Part shown: positions 9,677-19,265 of the stretch, piece by piece
Numbering within the stretch: position 1 is the stretch's first letter
Layout: every line of letters starts with the position of its first letter
Assembly: GCA_050951725.1 (NCBI GenBank)
Contig: JBMNJO010000025.1
Coordinates: 80,394-144,393 of the forward strand
DNA: 64,000 bases
Direction of reading: 5' to 3'
From: Syntrophomonadales bacterium
GTDB taxonomy: Bacteria; Bacillota; Syntrophomonadia; Syntrophomonadales; DTU052
Position numbers and translations under genes: made by a program
Notes under the pieces: generated by a model
The model's input: only the letters and a program-made list of their open reading frames with translations
Database searches by the model: none
Told to the model about the DNA's origin: nothing

Positions 9677-9806
9677 ATTTCGGGGACACCTTTTATTTCG
9701 CAAGGTGTTCCCGAAATAGTAAAAACATTTAGTAAGGTGTCCCCAAAATAGCTAAACATTTAGTAAGGCTCCCGAAAATAGCAAAATAGAGGGGTCCCCC
9801 AAAAAG
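9677..9806. repeat. cluster of inverted and tandem repeats with a GGGGAC/GTCCCC core
   Basis: ATTTCGGGGACACCTT (9677-9692) pairs with AAGGTGTTCCCGAAAT (9702-9717). A tandem unit AAACATTTAGTAAGG..CCC.AAAATAG occurs at 9723-9751 and 9754-9781. GAGGGGTCCCCCAAAAAG lies at 9789-9806. Confidence 0.7.
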
Positions 9807-10113
9807 CTCGCATAAAATTGGGTTCGTAGAACCACAACTGTCAAAATAGAGAATTTTGCAAAATCCAGGATCTTAGAACCTTTGCTGCCAAACTTGGGCA
9901 ACGCATAATCCTTCTGACCGAAGGCTGCCAGGATTGGAGGCAGCACGCGATGAGGGAAACTCAGCGTTCTTTGTTCAGTTTCGGCGACAAATACCCGATC
10001 AAACCCGGTGTTGTTTACACCGTTTCTGGTTCACAAAGAGTTCATATCTTTGCCATGCTTTTATCATGAATAATGGGTAAATTAATAACAGCTTAGTGGA
10101 AGGGGGTGAAAAA

Positions 10114-10506
10114 GTGAGAAGAGCTTTAGTTTTTGCAGTAGCTCTGATCATGGTGGTTGGTGCAGTATCCTTTGCCTGGGCAGGGGATGCCTCGACCAAG
10201 AATGCTAACCAGGCTAATGTTCCGCAGTTGCAGATCAGCGATGCCCAGAAGGCAAAGCTGACTTCGCTCTGGACACAGATCCTTGAAGTGAAGAAGGAGA
10301 TCCTGAAGGATAATCTGAAAAAAGGGGTTATTACCCAGGATCAGTACAATGCAATGGAAAAACGATTAGACGCCCGGTTGGAGGCAATTAAATCAGGGAA
10401 ATTCACCCCGGGGATGCGCCATAAGATGCACAAGGGCATGAGTCCCGACAAGGACCGATGCCCGCAGGGCTGTGCCCGCTGGCAGCAACCCCAAACACAA
10501 AGCTAA
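10114..10506 (+). CDS. small secreted protein (DUF2680-like by recollection)
   Basis: The signal peptide is RRALVFAVALIMVVGAVSFAWA. GTG 10114 follows the SD GGAAGGGGGTG. A helical Q/K-rich repeat segment follows the signal peptide. Confidence 0.55.
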   Translation: MRRALVFAVALIMVVGAVSFAWAGDASTKNANQANVPQLQISDAQKAKLTSLWTQILEVKKEILKDNLKKGVITQDQYNAMEKRLDARLEAIKSGKFTPGMRHKMHKGMSPDKDRCPQGCARWQQPQTQS

Positions 10507-10553
10507 AGCAGGGAGCAGGTCTTTACCTGCTCCCCACCAAACAACGGGAATTC

Positions 10554-10976
10554 TTAAAGGATCCCCTCAGCGACAGCATTCTCAATCCAACTCCGAATTT
10601 CATCACGGACTCTTTCAAATTCAGCAAGGATGACCTCTTCGTTTCCGCTGACAGCCGCTGGGTCCGGAAAACTGTGATGGATCATGGCCCTGGCATTTGG
10701 TAACCAGGGGCAGCTTTCCCGCGCACTGTCGCAGACAGTTACCGCATAATCAATATCAGTGTCCGTGAATTCCTCGATGCTCTTCGAACGGTGTCCACTC
10801 AGATCCACCCCGATTTCTTTCATGGCTGCGATGGCAAACGGATTGACCCGCAGTGGCTCTGTTCCCGCACTGAAGACCTCATAACGGTCCCCGTACATAG
10901 AGCGCAAAAGCCCTTCGGCCATCTGTGACCGGGCTGAGTTCTGAGTGCAGACGAACAGTACCTTCCTTTTATCCAT
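10554..10976 (-). CDS. arsC: arsenate reductase, LMW-PTPase (thioredoxin-coupled) family
   Basis: 140 aa. It has the CX5R P-loop VLFVCTQNSARSQMAEG and downstream Cys residues (TVCDSARESCPW). Confidence 0.85.
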   Translation of the reverse strand: MDKRKVLFVCTQNSARSQMAEGLLRSMYGDRYEVFSAGTEPLRVNPFAIAAMKEIGVDLSGHRSKSIEEFTDTDIDYAVTVCDSARESCPWLPNARAMIHHSFPDPAAVSGNEEVILAEFERVRDEIRSWIENAVAEGIL

Positions 10977-11274
10977 ACTGTGCTCCTGTCTCGTTAAAGC
11001 CGGTTATATATTAGTAAGTATTATACAGTGATCAAACATCAACCGCCAACAGATGGTTCGTTACTGGTCCGCCCTTTAATAACAGCGGCCTTTTTTTGGA
11101 TGACGAAAAGGGGAGGTGCAAAATGGGATTGGGATGATTGTGACAATTTGGTACGATCATAATATTCCCTCCCGTTGAATTACAATTAATTACATTGATT
11201 GGCATTTGAGGCTACGAGGGATATAATATATGTGTCAAAATGACGAATGATGTCGGCAGAGGGAGGATATCAAA

Positions 11275-13293
11275 GTGAATCGAGGTATCGCGAAGATCCC
11301 CTATCGGGATACTTGGCTGAACACAACGGATAAAAGAGATGTCTCACCTGGTCAAGTAAGACAGGTAGTTGCCGAATCATGGCAAAGATGTCGCAAGTTT
11401 GGGATTCGCCCGTATCAAAACATGACGGTCAGGGTAAAAACCCAAACCGAGATGGACGAGATCATGGATAAGACTAGGAGCTTAAGAGCGGTCGCGTGTC
11501 CACATATGGAGCGGATGTTACAATTCGTCCAGGAATCGGGGTTGGTTGTTGTACTTACCGATGAGGAAAGCTGTGTTGTAGCGATTAATGGTAACCCGGA
11601 GACTTTGAAAGAGGTCAGGGCCATGGGCTTCCAGATCGGCTCAGTTTGGGCCGAAAATGAGGTGGGAACCAATGCCATTGGCACTACTGCCTTGTTAAAA
11701 CAGGCGATCCAAATTTCCGGAACTGAACACTACTCAGCCAAGTTTCATCGCTGGACCTGTTCTGCAGCACCGATCCTACAGGATAACACCTTGAAGGGAA
11801 TCCTCGGCATCTTTGGACCGAGCAGCAGTTTACATAGCCATACGCTGGGGATGGTGGTGGCAGCAGCCCAGGCGATTGAGATACATCTGCAGAAAGAAGA
11901 GCAGTATAGACGTCAGTTCGTTCTTCACAGCCAATTAAATGGTGTTTTTGAAGCCCTGGCTGAAGGGGTAATTGTCCTTGACAAAAACGGATATGTACAG
12001 CAAGCTAACCTCGCTGCCCGACAGATTCTGAATTCCAGCCCGGCAGATATTGTAGGAAGTGACGCCCTGGAACTGATCCACGATCATAGAGAAGAAATAA
12101 AGCGGCTCCTGGAGCAAGGGCAGGAATGTGAATTCGAGTTCATCCCGGATAACAGACAGAGTTCAAGTCACGCCACCGGAATTGGCAAACCGATCATTGA
12201 CCGTGAAAAACAGGTCATCGGGGCTACAATTATTCTGCGTCCCATTGCTCAGGTTCGGCAATTGGTGGCCCGGATGACAGGAGCCAAAGCGCGGTTTACC
12301 TTTGATTCCATAATCGGACAGGAGCCGTCGCTTAAAAACGTTATCAAGCTGGCAAAGATTGCGAGCCGCACCAGTTCCAATGTCCTCATGCAGGGTGAGA
12401 GCGGGACCGGAAAAGAAGTCTTTGCCCAGGCAATTCATAATGGTAGCAGCCGGCGTAATGGACCGTTTGTCGCAGTAAATTGTGCCGCCCTTCCCCGTGA
12501 ACTGGTGGGCAGTGAGCTGTTCGGTTATGACGAAGGGGCTTTTACCGGAGCCAAGCGGGAAGGCAGGCCGGGGAAGTTTGAACTGGCTAATGGCGGCACC
12601 CTTTTACTCGACGAAATTGGGGACATGCCCCTGGAGCAACAGGCCACTCTGCTTCGTGCTATTCAAGAAAAAGCCATTATGAGGGTAGGCGGCGACAAGC
12701 TGATTCGGGTTAACGTCCGGATCATTGCGGCCACCAACCGGGATTTGCTGGGTCTAGTCGCCGAGGGCCGGTTCAGGCAGGATCTATATTACCGGTTGAA
12801 TGTCATGCAGGTTGCGATCCCTCCTTTGCGTGATCGCCGGGGTGATATCCCTGTCCTTTTCCGGTACTTTTTGGACGACATGTGCAAAAAGATGGGGAAA
12901 GATATAAATCATGTTGATGACGAAGTGATAAAATGCCTCTGTGCCTACAACTGGCCGGGTAATGTCCGTGAACTGCAAAATGTTGCGGAAAGGACCAGTC
13001 TGATGGTTGAGGATGGACATGTAACCGTAAGCCACCTGCCCCAGGAAGTTACCTGCCCCAACCGGGAAAGCCGGAGTGATGGCTGGGAATGGGGCCCCCG
13101 TTCAGTAATCTCTGTAGCTCATGAATCATTGGCCCGGGAAAATCGTAAACGAGCCATGGAACAGAGAGAGAAAGAAAGGATTATACACGCACTGGATGAC
13201 AACGGCGGGAATGTCACCAGAACTGCTGCGGTCCTTGGTATCTCTCGCAACACCCTGTACCGTAAATTGAAAAAGTACGGGATACAAAACTAA
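11275..13293 (+). CDS. sigma-54-dependent transcriptional activator (GAF/PAS - AAA+ - Fis-type HTH; AcoR-like)
   Basis: 672 aa. It has Walker A GESGTGKEVFAQAIH, the sigma-54 contact loop GAFTGA and the C-terminal HTH AAVLGISRNTLYRKLKKYGI. Confidence 0.9.
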   Translation: MNRGIAKIPYRDTWLNTTDKRDVSPGQVRQVVAESWQRCRKFGIRPYQNMTVRVKTQTEMDEIMDKTRSLRAVACPHMERMLQFVQESGLVVVLTDEESCVVAINGNPETLKEVRAMGFQIGSVWAENEVGTNAIGTTALLKQAIQISGTEHYSAKFHRWTCSAAPILQDNTLKGILGIFGPSSSLHSHTLGMVVAAAQAIEIHLQKEEQYRRQFVLHSQLNGVFEALAEGVIVLDKNGYVQQANLAARQILNSSPADIVGSDALELIHDHREEIKRLLEQGQECEFEFIPDNRQSSSHATGIGKPIIDREKQVIGATIILRPIAQVRQLVARMTGAKARFTFDSIIGQEPSLKNVIKLAKIASRTSSNVLMQGESGTGKEVFAQAIHNGSSRRNGPFVAVNCAALPRELVGSELFGYDEGAFTGAKREGRPGKFELANGGTLLLDEIGDMPLEQQATLLRAIQEKAIMRVGGDKLIRVNVRIIAATNRDLLGLVAEGRFRQDLYYRLNVMQVAIPPLRDRRGDIPVLFRYFLDDMCKKMGKDINHVDDEVIKCLCAYNWPGNVRELQNVAERTSLMVEDGHVTVSHLPQEVTCPNRESRSDGWEWGPRSVISVAHESLARENRKRAMEQREKERIIHALDDNGGNVTRTAAVLGISRNTLYRKLKKYGIQN

Positions 13294-13298
13294 CATCT

Positions 13299-13566
13299 TG
13301 TAACCAACATGTTAACATTGCAAGATATTTCACAAAACTGTTACATTGCCATTACATGTTCGACGGAAGTGGCGGCAAATTCTGTTACACTATCGCAAAT
13401 GAGGTAATTCCCCCAGGTTAAGATAATATAGCCATTCTTCAAGACATTTCTTTATCATGTACCGCAATGCAGTGCAACCAAACTGTTAACACATGTCACC
13501 CTATGTAACATAATTAGTGTCACCAAACTGTAATCTTTTAGTGCAGTGACAGATGCGGATGTTACA
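13299..13566. promoter_or_regulatory. array of TGTTACA/TGTAACA heptamers (candidate enhancer/UAS sites)
   Basis: Copies start at 13299, 13310, 13339, 13383, 13484, 13504 and 13560, with variants at 13352 and 13529. Three are embedded in a longer CAAA(A)CTGT repeat at 13333, 13478 and 13523. Confidence 0.5.
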
Positions 13567-13687
13567 TCTTCGAGACATTATAATAACCAGGGTTCCCTGG
13601 TGTGGTTATGAATGTCCAGTCGGTGATTCCCTGACAGGGGCTATTTTACCGCATTTTTCGACAAAATTTTTGCCTGACCAGCTAAGT

Positions 13688-13703
13688 TGGCACGCAAATT
13701 GCA
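13688..13703 (+). promoter_or_regulatory. sigma-54 -24/-12 promoter
   Basis: TGGCAC-gcaaa-TTGCA is a near-perfect consensus match. It lies 125 nt upstream of ATG 13828. Confidence 0.7.
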
Positions 13704-13827
13704 AGTACTATGGATGAAAGGCCGGATGTGTTAAGCAAACGATTAGGGATTCCAATGGACAACCTAACGTTCGCTCAGCAGAGTGGAAGTATTGATCACC
13801 GGGATTAGATGTAAAGGAGGACTTTTA

Positions 13828-15114
13828 ATGACAGAGAATATCAGGGAATTCATCCTGGAAGTTATGAGCGATTATAAGAACGAAAAGTCGATGAAATATT
13901 CTCAGAGTCCCCTGGCATGGAAGATCCAAAGCGGTTTCCCGCAAAGACTTCGTGAAACGGTCTTTTCCGGCGGTCTTAGTTATTCAGTGCGCGGCTGGGC
14001 CGGGTGGGGTAACTGGATCGATAACCCGTATATCATGATTAAACATCGGGCCGTAAATGGTAAAGCAAAGAACTCCCTCTCAATCATGTATGTCTTTTCT
14101 GCTGACATGCAGTACTGTTATCTGGCTCTGATGGTGCGCTGGGAACGGCCCAACATTGAAGAGATCGCAAAAGAAGCCAGGATCTGCCGTAACAAGATTC
14201 GCCCTCGTAACTCGGCTCAATACTCCGAGTATATGGATCTCCGCTCAATCGGCGAAATGGCACATCGGATGGAGGAGGCCTGCGTTTTCTGCCGGGTATA
14301 CAGAGGCGACATCATGCCCGAAGAAACAGTTCTCAAGGAAGATTTGATCAGCGTAATCACACTATATGAAAGCTACCTAAGGATGAAGAAGTTTGGAAGA
14401 ACTCCCATCAAGGGAAAAGACGATGCAATTAACCGGGTATACATCAAGTACCGCCTGGGACGCGAGGATGTCCATTGTCACTGTGAGGCCGTTTACGCCG
14501 ACTCTGACAATTATACTGCGGAAATGGTGGAAAACATCTGTAAACGTTCCGGTTGTTCCGGAATAATCAGCACCAGCCCATCGCAGAAATATGATCTCAA
14601 CCGTCACGCGAATCCCAGGAACATGGATGCGATTTGCGAATATCGGGATACGATGCACCGGATCCTTCGGCACATGGAGGTTCTGGGTGCTGATGATAAG
14701 GTAATTGCACCATACCTGCATATAGCTTTTCATGCCATAAGAAATGGCGATACCCATGGTTCAGAGATAAGGGTTTCATACACCGAACCGGCTTCATACA
14801 GCATGATCAACTGGTTCAGCAACAAGCTGAAGGACAAGACCCGGAATATCTCAGTCCATGGCGGTTCCCCGGTGCGGGTCAACGTGCAGTATGTGGACAG
14901 ACAATCGAACCAGTTCCAGCGTTACTGGGAAAGTTGTCAGATCTACAACGGAGAAAACAAGGCTTATCACTTCATCCTCGTGGAAATCAGCGAAGACCTG
15001 CGGTCCATGAGCCACGAAGCCCTGGTAAAAGCATTCACCGAAACCGTTCGTGATTTTTCTTCGGAATTCGGAGAAATCAGGCCTGGAGCCTGGTATGAAC
15101 GGCAGATTGGATAA
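13828..15114 (+). CDS. McrB-N/DUF3578-like N-terminal domain fused to an unassigned His/Cys-rich C-terminal domain
   Basis: The ORF is 13783..15114, with ATG 13828 after the SD AAAGGAGG. The N-terminus shows YSVRGWAGWGNW..NPYI...SIMYVFSADMQYCYLAL, which matches the pattern I recall for DUF3578. The C-terminus carries HCHCE, YDLNRH and HIAFHAIRNGDTHG. Confidence 0.6.
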   Translation: MTENIREFILEVMSDYKNEKSMKYSQSPLAWKIQSGFPQRLRETVFSGGLSYSVRGWAGWGNWIDNPYIMIKHRAVNGKAKNSLSIMYVFSADMQYCYLALMVRWERPNIEEIAKEARICRNKIRPRNSAQYSEYMDLRSIGEMAHRMEEACVFCRVYRGDIMPEETVLKEDLISVITLYESYLRMKKFGRTPIKGKDDAINRVYIKYRLGREDVHCHCEAVYADSDNYTAEMVENICKRSGCSGIISTSPSQKYDLNRHANPRNMDAICEYRDTMHRILRHMEVLGADDKVIAPYLHIAFHAIRNGDTHGSEIRVSYTEPASYSMINWFSNKLKDKTRNISVHGGSPVRVNVQYVDRQSNQFQRYWESCQIYNGENKAYHFILVEISEDLRSMSHEALVKAFTETVRDFSSEFGEIRPGAWYERQIG

Positions 15115-15243
15115 GCCCTGTTTTTAAATTATGAAAGTCCCTTAACCTTGTGGCCAACCTCGCCAGCCCACACCTGGCGGGTTGGCCTCTTTGTCTCTTT
15201 CTGATTATTGCTTCAATAATTCGCCGTAGGAACTCAGAATCCT

Positions 15244-16146
15244 TCATATACTGGGAGATCTGCCGGGAGAATAGGAGGTATTCCCGGATAACTCAGCCCT
15301 CACCAGCTTTTCCAGTTCCCCCTTTTGAAAAACCGTTCCTGACAAGCGCGCCATTCGTTCAACGTAGGCCAGGTAATCAAAGTCATTTTTCAGAGTCCTG
15401 GCATAGGCTGATGCCCATTCCTTGGGGGATGGTTTTTCTGGGAGATTCGGGTTGGCCGCGAGAAACGATTTGCGGAACTGGCTGTCCTGCTGCCTGAGCA
15501 TCTCCTGCTTCACCATGATCCAAAGGTCCCCTCTTACATGCTCTACCCCCTGAACCCTGATATTCCTGGCCTTGAGTACCTCTCCCAAGAGAATGAGGTC
15601 ATCATGGGAGTAACTGAAGTTTCGGCTCCAGGTCTCAGTGTTCTGAAACTCGGGTTTGCGCCTGATGTCATGTTGAATCAGCAGGGATCGAATCCGGTCT
15701 TCCGTTAGATCGTAGTTCAGCATTTCCAGGGTGATGCCATTTTCTTTCAGGGTGGCTTTCAGTTTCTCCAGATCTTTTAAAGGTATATCTACAGGGTGCG
15801 GCCACATCAGATATGGCCGACGGTAACTGTACACAAACTGGGTAATATGGGGCCGGGCAAACTCGATGATCTTATCGTTGATCTCCTCTCGCACGATTTG
15901 AAAGAGGTGGGCCGGGACTTTTATCTGTTGACTTCTGAGAGCATCACCTGCGGAACGGGTTATCTTGTTCATTTCATCCTTGAGGATTTCCTTGCGCTCC
16001 ACTTCCGTGAAATCGCTTAATTCCTCCTGCAAATACATCCAGTTCGCCATCAGGGATTCTACGTGGGCATCAACATATTCCTTAATGAGGGTTATTGCAG
16101 TCTCCTTGTCTTCCTTCTTACCAAATAATCGTTCGAGAAAACCCAG
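15244..16146 (-). CDS. hypothetical protein
   Basis: The ORF with an ATG start is 15244..16050. The frame stays open upstream to a CTG at 16146, which sits 7 nt after the SD GGGGGTG and gives the N-terminus LGFLERLFGKK. A TTGACA-18-TATAGA promoter lies on the minus strand at about 16225-16254. Confidence 0.5.
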   Translation of the reverse strand: MGFLERLFGKKEDKETAITLIKEYVDAHVESLMANWMYLQEELSDFTEVERKEILKDEMNKITRSAGDALRSQQIKVPAHLFQIVREEINDKIIEFARPHITQFVYSYRRPYLMWPHPVDIPLKDLEKLKATLKENGITLEMLNYDLTEDRIRSLLIQHDIRRKPEFQNTETWSRNFSYSHDDLILLGEVLKARNIRVQGVEHVRGDLWIMVKQEMLRQQDSQFRKSFLAANPNLPEKPSPKEWASAYARTLKNDFDYLAYVERMARLSGTVFQKGELEKLVRAELSGNTSYSPGRSPSI

Positions 16147-16551
16147 CTAAAATCACCCCCAATTATTAATTAAGCAAGACATCCTCCGGTTATGAGGGTT
16201 AAAAATGCCTGTATCTATAGAAGGTTCGCCAAGGGGGTGTCAAAACCTTTTAATGATTGAAAAGTGCCGAAAAATTAAAGATGCGGGGAGAGCAGAGGCC
16301 ATTTTTTGATTTCTCCAAGCTCAGGAAGGGCCCCCTGTTTGTCGGAAGCAGCAGGATAAGATGGGTGGGGAAGCGAATGTATCAACCTAATGAGGTTAAT
16401 AGTTCCAATTGCGGCCATTTCCATAGTAAGTGCTGTTTTACAAAGAATTATGGTGCCAAGGAATAACCTTCAAACACAGGTTGTAACGGGGTAAAATCTC
16501 CGGGTGGTTTATGCAGTTGGAACCACAACAACAAAAAAGTGGGGTGCATCT

Positions 16552-17016
16552 ATGGCTGAGGAAATTCAACTGGTGGTGTTCACTTTAAAAGCGGGAGAAA
16601 ATACATGTGAGTACGGGGTACCGATTACTCAGGTTCAGGAGATCATCCGCCTGACTGCTCCGACCAGGCTCCCACAGGTTCCGGCTTTCGTCGAGGGGAT
16701 AATCAATCTGCGGGGGAGCGTTATTCCTATAATTGACCTTAAGAAGCGCTTCAATATGCCTATGGCCGAGTATACCGATGAGACGCGCATCATTGTAGTT
16801 GATATTGAAGGTAAAACCGTAGGCATTATCGTCGATCAGGTGGCGGAGGTCCTGAGATTGCCCCTCACCAGTATCGAACCGCCTCCAGCAGTGATTGGGG
16901 GACTGACCGCGGAGTACCTCACCGGAGTGGGTAAACTGGAGGACCGTCTGCTCATTATGCTCGACGTGACCAAGGTTCTTTCCGATGGAGAGAAGAGGGA
17001 ACTTAAGAAAGTATGA
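16552..17016 (+). CDS. cheW: chemotaxis coupling protein CheW
   Basis: MAEEIQLVVFTL...YGVPITQVQEI...VPAFVEGIINLRGSVIPIIDLKKRF is a typical CheW domain. Confidence 0.9.
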   Translation: MAEEIQLVVFTLKAGENTCEYGVPITQVQEIIRLTAPTRLPQVPAFVEGIINLRGSVIPIIDLKKRFNMPMAEYTDETRIIVVDIEGKTVGIIVDQVAEVLRLPLTSIEPPPAVIGGLTAEYLTGVGKLEDRLLIMLDVTKVLSDGEKRELKKV

Positions 17017-17026
17017 TGAAACCGTT

Positions 17027-17066
17027 AGCCCTGCCCTGTTGACGTAAGCAGCAGGGCTTTTATTTT
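17027..17066 (+). terminator. intrinsic terminator after cheW
   Basis: AGCCCTGC...GCAGGGCT followed by TTTTATTTT. Confidence 0.75.
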
Positions 17067-17119
17067 GCCAGGGTTTGATGAATAATTAAATAAGCAGTAA
17101 TTACTTGAGGTTAACGAAT

Positions 17120-17497
17120 ATGGTTGGTGCAGATCTGGTTGAGGTAGATCGGATAAGGGTGGCGATAAGCAGGACCCCCCGCTTTTGCTCCCGGGTGTTT
17201 ACTGCCGGGGAAATAGAATACTGCGAGTCCAAAGCCAACCCTTTCCCTTCCTACGCAGTCCGCTTCGCAGCCAAGGAGGCTTTTCGCAAGCTTCACCCAT
17301 CCTTTGCCTCTGGAATAAGATTTCATGAGGTGGAGGTCAGCAATGGGCCTGACGGACGTCCCTGTTACCGACTGCAGGGGGAGGCCCTGTCCCGGGCCGA
17401 GGATTTGAACATGGAATACATAGATTTAAGTCTCAGTCATGCCGGCAATTATGCCGTGGCTGTGGCTTTTGCCATTGCAGGGGATAAGGAGGGTTGA
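17120..17497 (+). CDS. acpS: holo-[acyl-carrier-protein] synthase
   Basis: MVGADLVEVDRI...FAAKEAFRK...LSLSHAGNYAVA is a typical AcpS. Confidence 0.85.
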   Translation: MVGADLVEVDRIRVAISRTPRFCSRVFTAGEIEYCESKANPFPSYAVRFAAKEAFRKLHPSFASGIRFHEVEVSNGPDGRPCYRLQGEALSRAEDLNMEYIDLSLSHAGNYAVAVAFAIAGDKEG

Positions 17498-17498
17498 A

Positions 17499-19055
17499 AT
17501 GAAGATTGTAAGTGCTGAAGAGATGCGGGGGATTGACCGCCGGGCTTCCCAGGAGTTTGGAATAGCGAGCCTGATCCTGATGGAGAACGCAGGCATACGG
17601 GTAGTAGAGGTTGCGGAATCATTCCTGGAAAACAAGCCCCTTCGCCGGGTGGTAATTGTTGCTGGGAAAGGCAACAACGGCGGGGACGGTTTGGTTGTCG
17701 CCCGCCACCTGCTTAACTCCGGAGCCCAGGTGGATACATTCCTGTTGGGAGACCCGGAAGAGATGACTCCCGATACCCTGGTTAACTATGAGATCCTGAG
17801 GAAAATGGACGCCCGGCTGTATCCCTTGAAAGATGACGAAGGGATAAACCGGTTGTTAATATCTTCACTATCTGCGGACCTGATTATTGATGCAATTTAC
17901 GGCATCAGTTTCCGGGGAAGACTCCGGGAGTTCGACAGCCAGGTAGTCTCAATCATGAATCAGTCACAGAAGCCGATTGTGGCAGTTGATATACCCTCGG
18001 GTGTGGAGGCCGATACCGGCCGGGTAAAAGGTGAAGCCGTACGGGCTTCCTGGACGGTAACCATGGCCCTGCCCAAGCTGGGTCTTTTGGTGGAACCAGG
18101 ATGCAGTTATGCCGGCCGGGTAACTGTGGCCGATATCTCGATCCCGTCCAGAATACTATCCGAGAAGGCGCTCAAGACCAATTTATTGACCGAGGACCTT
18201 ATCAAAGGGTTCTTTCCCCCACGTTCCCGGGACACCCATAAGGGAACATACGGTCACGCCCTGGTGATCGGCGGGTCCATAGGGATGACCGGGGCGGTGA
18301 TGCTGTCTGCGGCATCGGCCCTGGCGGTAGGAGCGGGCCTGGTAACGGCTGCGGTGCCGGAAAGCCTGCTGCCCATTGTCGAGGGTGGTCTGGCGGAGGT
18401 AATGACCGCACCTCTGGCTGAGACCAGACAGAGGTCGATAGCCCTGGAGGCCCTGCCGGTGATTGAAAACCTGTTGGGCACGGTATCGGTATGCGCCATC
18501 GGCCCCGGTATGTCGCGGTACCCGGAGGCCAAGGCCATAGTACGCTTTGTTTTGGAGAGATCGGGTGTTCCGGTAGTAATCGATGCTGACGGCCTTAACG
18601 CTCTCGGCGAGGATATGAGTGTGCTGGAAAACCGGCAGATCCCGATTGTCCTGACTCCTCATCCCGGGGAAATGAGCCGGCTTCAGGGTACCACAGTGGC
18701 AGAACTGCAGTCACGCCGCATGGAGTCTGCACGGGAGGCTGCGTCCAAATGGGGAGTTACCGTGGTTTTGAAGGGTTCAGGTACGATTGTGGCCGAGCCA
18801 GGTGGGGAAACATATCTGAATGTCACTGGTAATCCGGGTATGGCTACCGCCGGCAGCGGCGATGTCCTGACCGGGGTGATAACCGGACTTATTGCGCAGG
18901 GTATTCGCCCCAACACGGCTGCCGCCATTGGGGCTTACCTGCACGGCAAGGCGGGGGATCTGGTCAAGGAAACCCGGGGAGAGAGAGGCCTGGTGGCCGG
19001 TGACCTGGTGCGGGCACTCCCTGAGGTGATTAAAGGGTTTGAAAACGAGTTTTAG
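17499..19055 (+). CDS. nnr: bifunctional NAD(P)H-hydrate repair enzyme (epimerase / ADP-dependent dehydratase, YjeF)
   Basis: The N-terminal YjeF_N domain has GKGNNGGDGLV. The C-terminal carbohydrate-kinase-like domain has GPGMS...TPHPGE...GSGDVLTG. ATG 17499 abuts the acpS stop codon. Confidence 0.9.
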   Translation: MKIVSAEEMRGIDRRASQEFGIASLILMENAGIRVVEVAESFLENKPLRRVVIVAGKGNNGGDGLVVARHLLNSGAQVDTFLLGDPEEMTPDTLVNYEILRKMDARLYPLKDDEGINRLLISSLSADLIIDAIYGISFRGRLREFDSQVVSIMNQSQKPIVAVDIPSGVEADTGRVKGEAVRASWTVTMALPKLGLLVEPGCSYAGRVTVADISIPSRILSEKALKTNLLTEDLIKGFFPPRSRDTHKGTYGHALVIGGSIGMTGAVMLSAASALAVGAGLVTAAVPESLLPIVEGGLAEVMTAPLAETRQRSIALEALPVIENLLGTVSVCAIGPGMSRYPEAKAIVRFVLERSGVPVVIDADGLNALGEDMSVLENRQIPIVLTPHPGEMSRLQGTTVAELQSRRMESAREAASKWGVTVVLKGSGTIVAEPGGETYLNVTGNPGMATAGSGDVLTGVITGLIAQGIRPNTAAAIGAYLHGKAGDLVKETRGERGLVAGDLVRALPEVIKGFENEF

Positions 19056-19082
19056 AGTTGTGAGTGGAGGAGAGGGTTAGAG

Positions 19083-19265
19083 ATGAGAGTCCGAGACATT
19101 GTGACCGGGACAGTAAACAACAAACAGGCCGAGAGGCCGGGATATGTGGCCAGTGACCGATTAACCATAAAAAACATAAACCGGGTACCGGTGGTAAACA
19201 ATAATAAGCTAGCGGGGATAGTCACTGGTGATGATGTCCGAAAGCGCTGGTTGGATGAGATATGA
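19083..19265 (+). CDS. small single-CBS-domain protein
   Basis: 60 aa with VPVVNNNKLAGIVTGDDV. Its stop overlaps the alr ATG (ATGA), which suggests translational coupling. Confidence 0.4.
   Translation: MRVRDIVTGTVNNKQAERPGYVASDRLTIKNINRVPVVNNNKLAGIVTGDDVRKRWLDEI

Noticed and set aside
9723-9781. Tandem 30-nt repeats considered as a mini CRISPR array.
   Set aside because: There are only two adjacent units and no unique spacers between them. No cas genes are in the window and the units are not of typical CRISPR repeat form.
16257-16466. A 69-aa ORF in the cheW upstream region.
   Set aside because: There is no SD or motifs. The region is probably a promoter/leader region.
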